Positions 59,601 to 64,000 of a DNA stretch of 64,000 bases are shown piece after piece. The notes under the pieces were generated by a model. The model was not told the origin of the DNA and did no database searches. It saw only the letters and a program-made list of their open reading frames with translations. The first letter of the stretch is position 1, and each line of letters starts with the position of its first letter. The stretch lies in NCBI GenBank assembly GCA_964188305.1, contig OZ076897.1. One strand, given 5' to 3'. A program made the position numbers and the translations under genes. The stretch is from Podarcis bocagei (taxonomy: Eukaryota).

Positions 59601-60600
59601 CAAGGAACTCCTTTGTGTAAACGGAGCACACATATGAAAGTGCTTCTGTAATGTAATCATTGAGACCGGAAGGCTTCATACCGCGCCTGAAAAGAGACAA
59701 TGGAGACTGGATATATCAACATTGCAGAAATCGAGTTCATTTGTGATTCAGTCCCTTTGACTATGGTTGTCATGATAACTTCCTACTTTGATCAGCAGAG
59801 GGTGGAGAGGGGGGGAGAAAGATCTTCTAAAGGCCCAAGGATGCAGCCCTGTTGTTTACTGTGCACTTGGCTTCAATTCACGCCCCCTTCCGGAAGAAGC
59901 AACAGGGATAGGCGCATCTTGCACCTTGACCTGTCTAGACGGGAGAGAAGTTTTTTGTCCCGGTTTCCAGGGATGAGGGCTGCTCTTTGACCTCTGCAGC
60001 ACTAGCTGTTGAGACCCTCACTAAGTATGTAGGTAGCGTCTAAATGTTTTCCCCCTCCGAATTCTTGCTTAATTCTGAAGGAAGAGGCATGGGCGAAGAC
60101 ATGGGCCAGCTGCTGGAAAATAAAGCTCGTAACAGTAGAACCTGGGAGAAGCTAAATTTTGTAAGCGGTTATTTTCTTTCTGCAAACCCCTGGGAGGCAT
60201 TAAACAGCTGCATCTGAGTTGACGAACAGCAAGTAAGACAGACCACTGAAGGACTTGGGGGGGGGGAGAGGGAGAGAGACTTTTTAGAAACTGCTCCTGT
60301 TCAAGAAGCAAAGCTGATTCCAACAAGAAATCTTTCAAGGGTACGTCCAGAAAACATGGGCCATGGAAAGATGATTTTTCTCTTTTGATTTGCTGAGTCT
60401 TATACATCTTCTTTTAATAGCAAAACGTGCTTGCAAATCTAAAAGCTTATAATGGCACATTAGTCTGTAAGGAATGCTTTATGAGAACCGTAGATGTTTA
60501 TTTATTTTTATTCTTTTGCAAGTGGCATCGTAGATTCAGCTGACATTTTTAATTATGTGTGTAATATAATATGGGTCAACAATTATGCAGATATGGAGAT
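55900..60600. promoter_or_regulatory. Candidate cluster of conserved non-coding enhancers (EN2/CNPY1 regulatory block)
   Basis: TE-poor and AT-rich, with dense TAAT homeodomain cores, three perfect octamers (56195, 57638, 59348) and SOX/ETS-like sites. Conservation itself could not be tested here. Confidence 0.45.
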
Positions 60601-60693
60601 CTGCTGACATTGCTCTGTTTCCTTGACCTGTGTAAGAGCCCTGTGCTTGTAGCCTTTTGCCTTTGTGATATTTGGGAATTTCAGTGTATACAG

Positions 60694-60754
<61 letters not shown>
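60694..60754. repeat. Compound (AT)n(AG)n microsatellite next to the CNPY1 exon 3 acceptor
   Basis: Read directly from the sequence. Confidence 0.95.
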
Positions 60755-60756
<2 letters not shown>

Positions 60757-60777
60757 TAATTTTCTCCTTCCCTTTAG

Positions 60778-61032
<255 letters not shown>

Positions 61033-62597
61033 TAATGTTTGATATTGTATATTAAATCACTTCACTCAACGTAAAGCCAGGGCTTTGATAATGCTACGCT
61101 GTTTCTGTAGGCTCTTTAGTACTTTGTAATTTATAACAACAAATGGTATGGCATGGTCTAGAGATGCAAAATCATGACACACAGCACCTGTGTTGTATAG
61201 ATAGATGCTGTTGACTCCATTTCTGTGTAATTGGTTGTTTAAACTAGAATATTTTTTTAATAAAAAAAATCTTCTTTACTGGCAATTATTTTTCAGTGCT
61301 ATAGATCAATACTATGTTGCAGCTCTGTTTTTTAAGAAGTAGGCAACTGTGATGGTAGGGTAACTATCCAAATTAATTATAATGTAATTTCAAATCTTTA
61401 TTTGCTATTCAGAGAGGGAAAGGTCACATCTCCGCCTCTCTTTTCCTTGGGCCTTGTCGACAGGGTCCACATATATTCTGAGGGCCTAGAGTGTGTTGAA
61501 GCAAGAGGGAAGGTCCTAAGATGGCCTAGCGCCTAGTTGTTCGCTTGTGAAAGAGCACATAATTTTTTCCTGTACCAGGCATCATTGTACATTAGAGAAT
61601 GCTCACTGTTCTCCTTTGTTTTTTAAATATTTAAGGCAAAGTGGTGGCAGCAGCGGGAAGCAGGAACCTCAATCCAAAACTTAGCATGTGGAAGTAAAAC
61701 TCATTGTTGTCAACGGAATTTGCTTAGGAGTACCAATGTCTTTAGATCTGGGGTGCATGTGCAATAGTAGCAGCTACACTAATGTGAATCCAGAAATATG
61801 ATCTGTGGTCCAGTTTAATTGCTCTTGTTTCCTGTGACATGTTGAAGCAAATTATTGGATTTCAAAATCCTGTGTTTAAATTAATGTGCTAAAACTTTAC
61901 CCCCCTATCCCCGTTATGGTGTATTCCGACTCTAACCTTTGGCGCTGGGTAAGAGTTGGCCATCCTCCACGGTGGATGTTTGGACTCCTGATTAAACCCA
62001 TTTGTTGTTGTTGTTTTTAAAGTGCATATGATGGGGTTCTTTCTGCTTTTGCCACAACCCGTTTTGGAGTTTTGGGGAAAGAGGCATTTACACCTGTAAG
62101 TTTCAGACAAAATGGCCGAGGAGAGCATTACTGCCTACCGCCCAAAGAGATTTTTCAAGCACAGCGCCCTTGTCACTTTTGTACCATTTTGCAAAACATT
62201 AGCATTCTGCGAAAATGGGAAACCGTGTGTGCAAATATATGTGTGTGCATACGTGTGTGCATCTATACAAACACACACATGTACACACCCATGGCGAGAA
62301 TGCGAATATAATCATTTTTAAATATATATATTTTTAATTTAAACCAGTTGTATCGCCATTAAAGCAGCCTGCATTATGAGGAAACAATTAAAGTATAATC
62401 CTTAACAAAATATCATTATGCAAAGCATTATTTTCTTTCTTTCTTTTTTTAAAGGAACCTAAATAAGCATATATGGAAATTCAATATAACTGTTAATTAT
62501 ATAGGGGGGGAAATAGAACAATTGATCAGGGTGCTGCACAAGCAAACAATCCCAAACAGTCTTTGTCAGGCGGTTCTTCCTTTTCTGCTCTGTGTAA

Positions 62598-62873
<276 letters not shown>

Positions 62874-64000
62874 TAGATGGAAGATGCACTGACATTGCAC
62901 CGCCGTGAACTGGGAGTAGAAAGTGGGATCCTCTAAATAGACTGAAAATCTGCTCATAAATTCTGTCATGCCACCCTTTTTTAAAATGCCAAGCGCATGT
63001 GCTACGAATTTTCGTCAAGTATTAAAAGTGCCAGTTTTTCCCTGTAGACATATATATGTGTATATATGTGTGCGTGCGTATGTAATAAATAGACAGTCAG
63101 GTGATTGTGTGTGTGTGTGTGTGTAGATAAATAGAGCCACATCTTGCATCACAACATATTCCTTACATACAATGCTTGAGGTTGCCATTGTGAGCCGGTT
63201 GAGGCCAATGGCCCCAGATTTCAATGGTGCTGGGATGCACCCAGATTTTATCTTTAGCAGTTGTTTCCTTTTGTGATATCCTGGGAGTGGGGGGCGGGCA
63301 GTGGAATAGGAGCGAGAACAAATAAACACTGCAACGCTTCCAAAAGTATTTTGGTAGGCCATGTGCCCTTAAGCAGTTTGAAGATTGATTCCTGCTCAAA
63401 TCACATTTTGTGGACTTCCTTACCCCCACCCCACCCCCCAAAAAAGAATTGGTACTTTTGCTTCATCCTTTAAATAGCAAATGTGTGGTTCTGTAGTGTG
63501 ATCCAGAAGTTTCTAACTGAAATAATGCCCAGATAAATTATTCCCTGTTAGGAATATTCATTCATGTTTGTCATGTATCCACCTTGCTTTTAGTTTTACA
63601 TATTAATATTTAAGGCCAAGAAGGCCATTCTGCTAAATCCATTTCTGCCAAATTCTAAATAGATTTAGACCAGGCTTCACTAACCTGGTGCCCTCCAGGA
63701 CTCATGGGTATTGTAGCCCAAAACCTCTGGAGGGCAGCAGGTTGAGAAAGGTGACATAGACCATCGCCTTTGGATAAAAACATTTTAGGAATAAAGAGTG
63801 AGTGAAAGAGTATGGGTGGAAATGTACATCTAACAATCACTACTATAATATTTAACAGGCTTGTAAGGTTCAAAATAACTATTTTTAATTTCCAAAATAA
63901 GGGATATTAAAAATTAAACAGTAGAACTTAGGAAGTGTCCATAGAAGTTTATTTTCTGTTTTTAAGTATAATATGTAGGAGGACTGGAAAAGTGTAACTG

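Overview
This is eukaryotic genomic DNA from a squamate reptile, probably a lacertid lizard judging by its Sauria/Squam SINEs, BovB and (TAT)n-tailed L2 elements. It is not a prokaryotic window. It covers the head-to-head RBM33/CNPY1 interval of the vertebrate SHH-RBM33-CNPY1-EN2 syntenic block. On the minus strand, a CpG island at about 4.1-5.6 kb holds the first coding exon of RBM33 (MAAALGGGGDGGA-G, phase-1 GT donor). On the plus strand, four phase-compatible exons (21349-21454, 37839-37954, 60778-60981, 62649-62745) splice into 174 codons of a full-length Canopy-1 protein with a signal peptide and 5 of the 6 saposin-like cysteines. I could not find the terminal exon carrying the sixth Cys and the ER-retention signal; it probably lies beyond base 64000. 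The first ~55 kb is dense in transposon relics: Tigger/pogo- and Tc2-like MITEs, hAT MITEs, a Charlie-type deletion derivative, SINEs, BovB, L1, L2, CR1, Rex1/Babar and solo LTRs. The last ~9 kb is notably TE-poor and looks like enhancer-rich conserved non-coding DNA. I see no convincing new protein-coding system. The best leads are: a possible intron-terminated CNPY1 isoform lacking ER retention, a hAT MITE family that has captured an L2 3' end, two independent solo LTRs carrying CTCF-like motifs, a tailless 35-nt U6 retrocopy, a perfect 50-bp target-site duplication (TSD) around a BovB insertion, and a Kozak-perfect micro-uORF in the RBM33 leader. Repeat family names come from sequence recognition, not from a database search.
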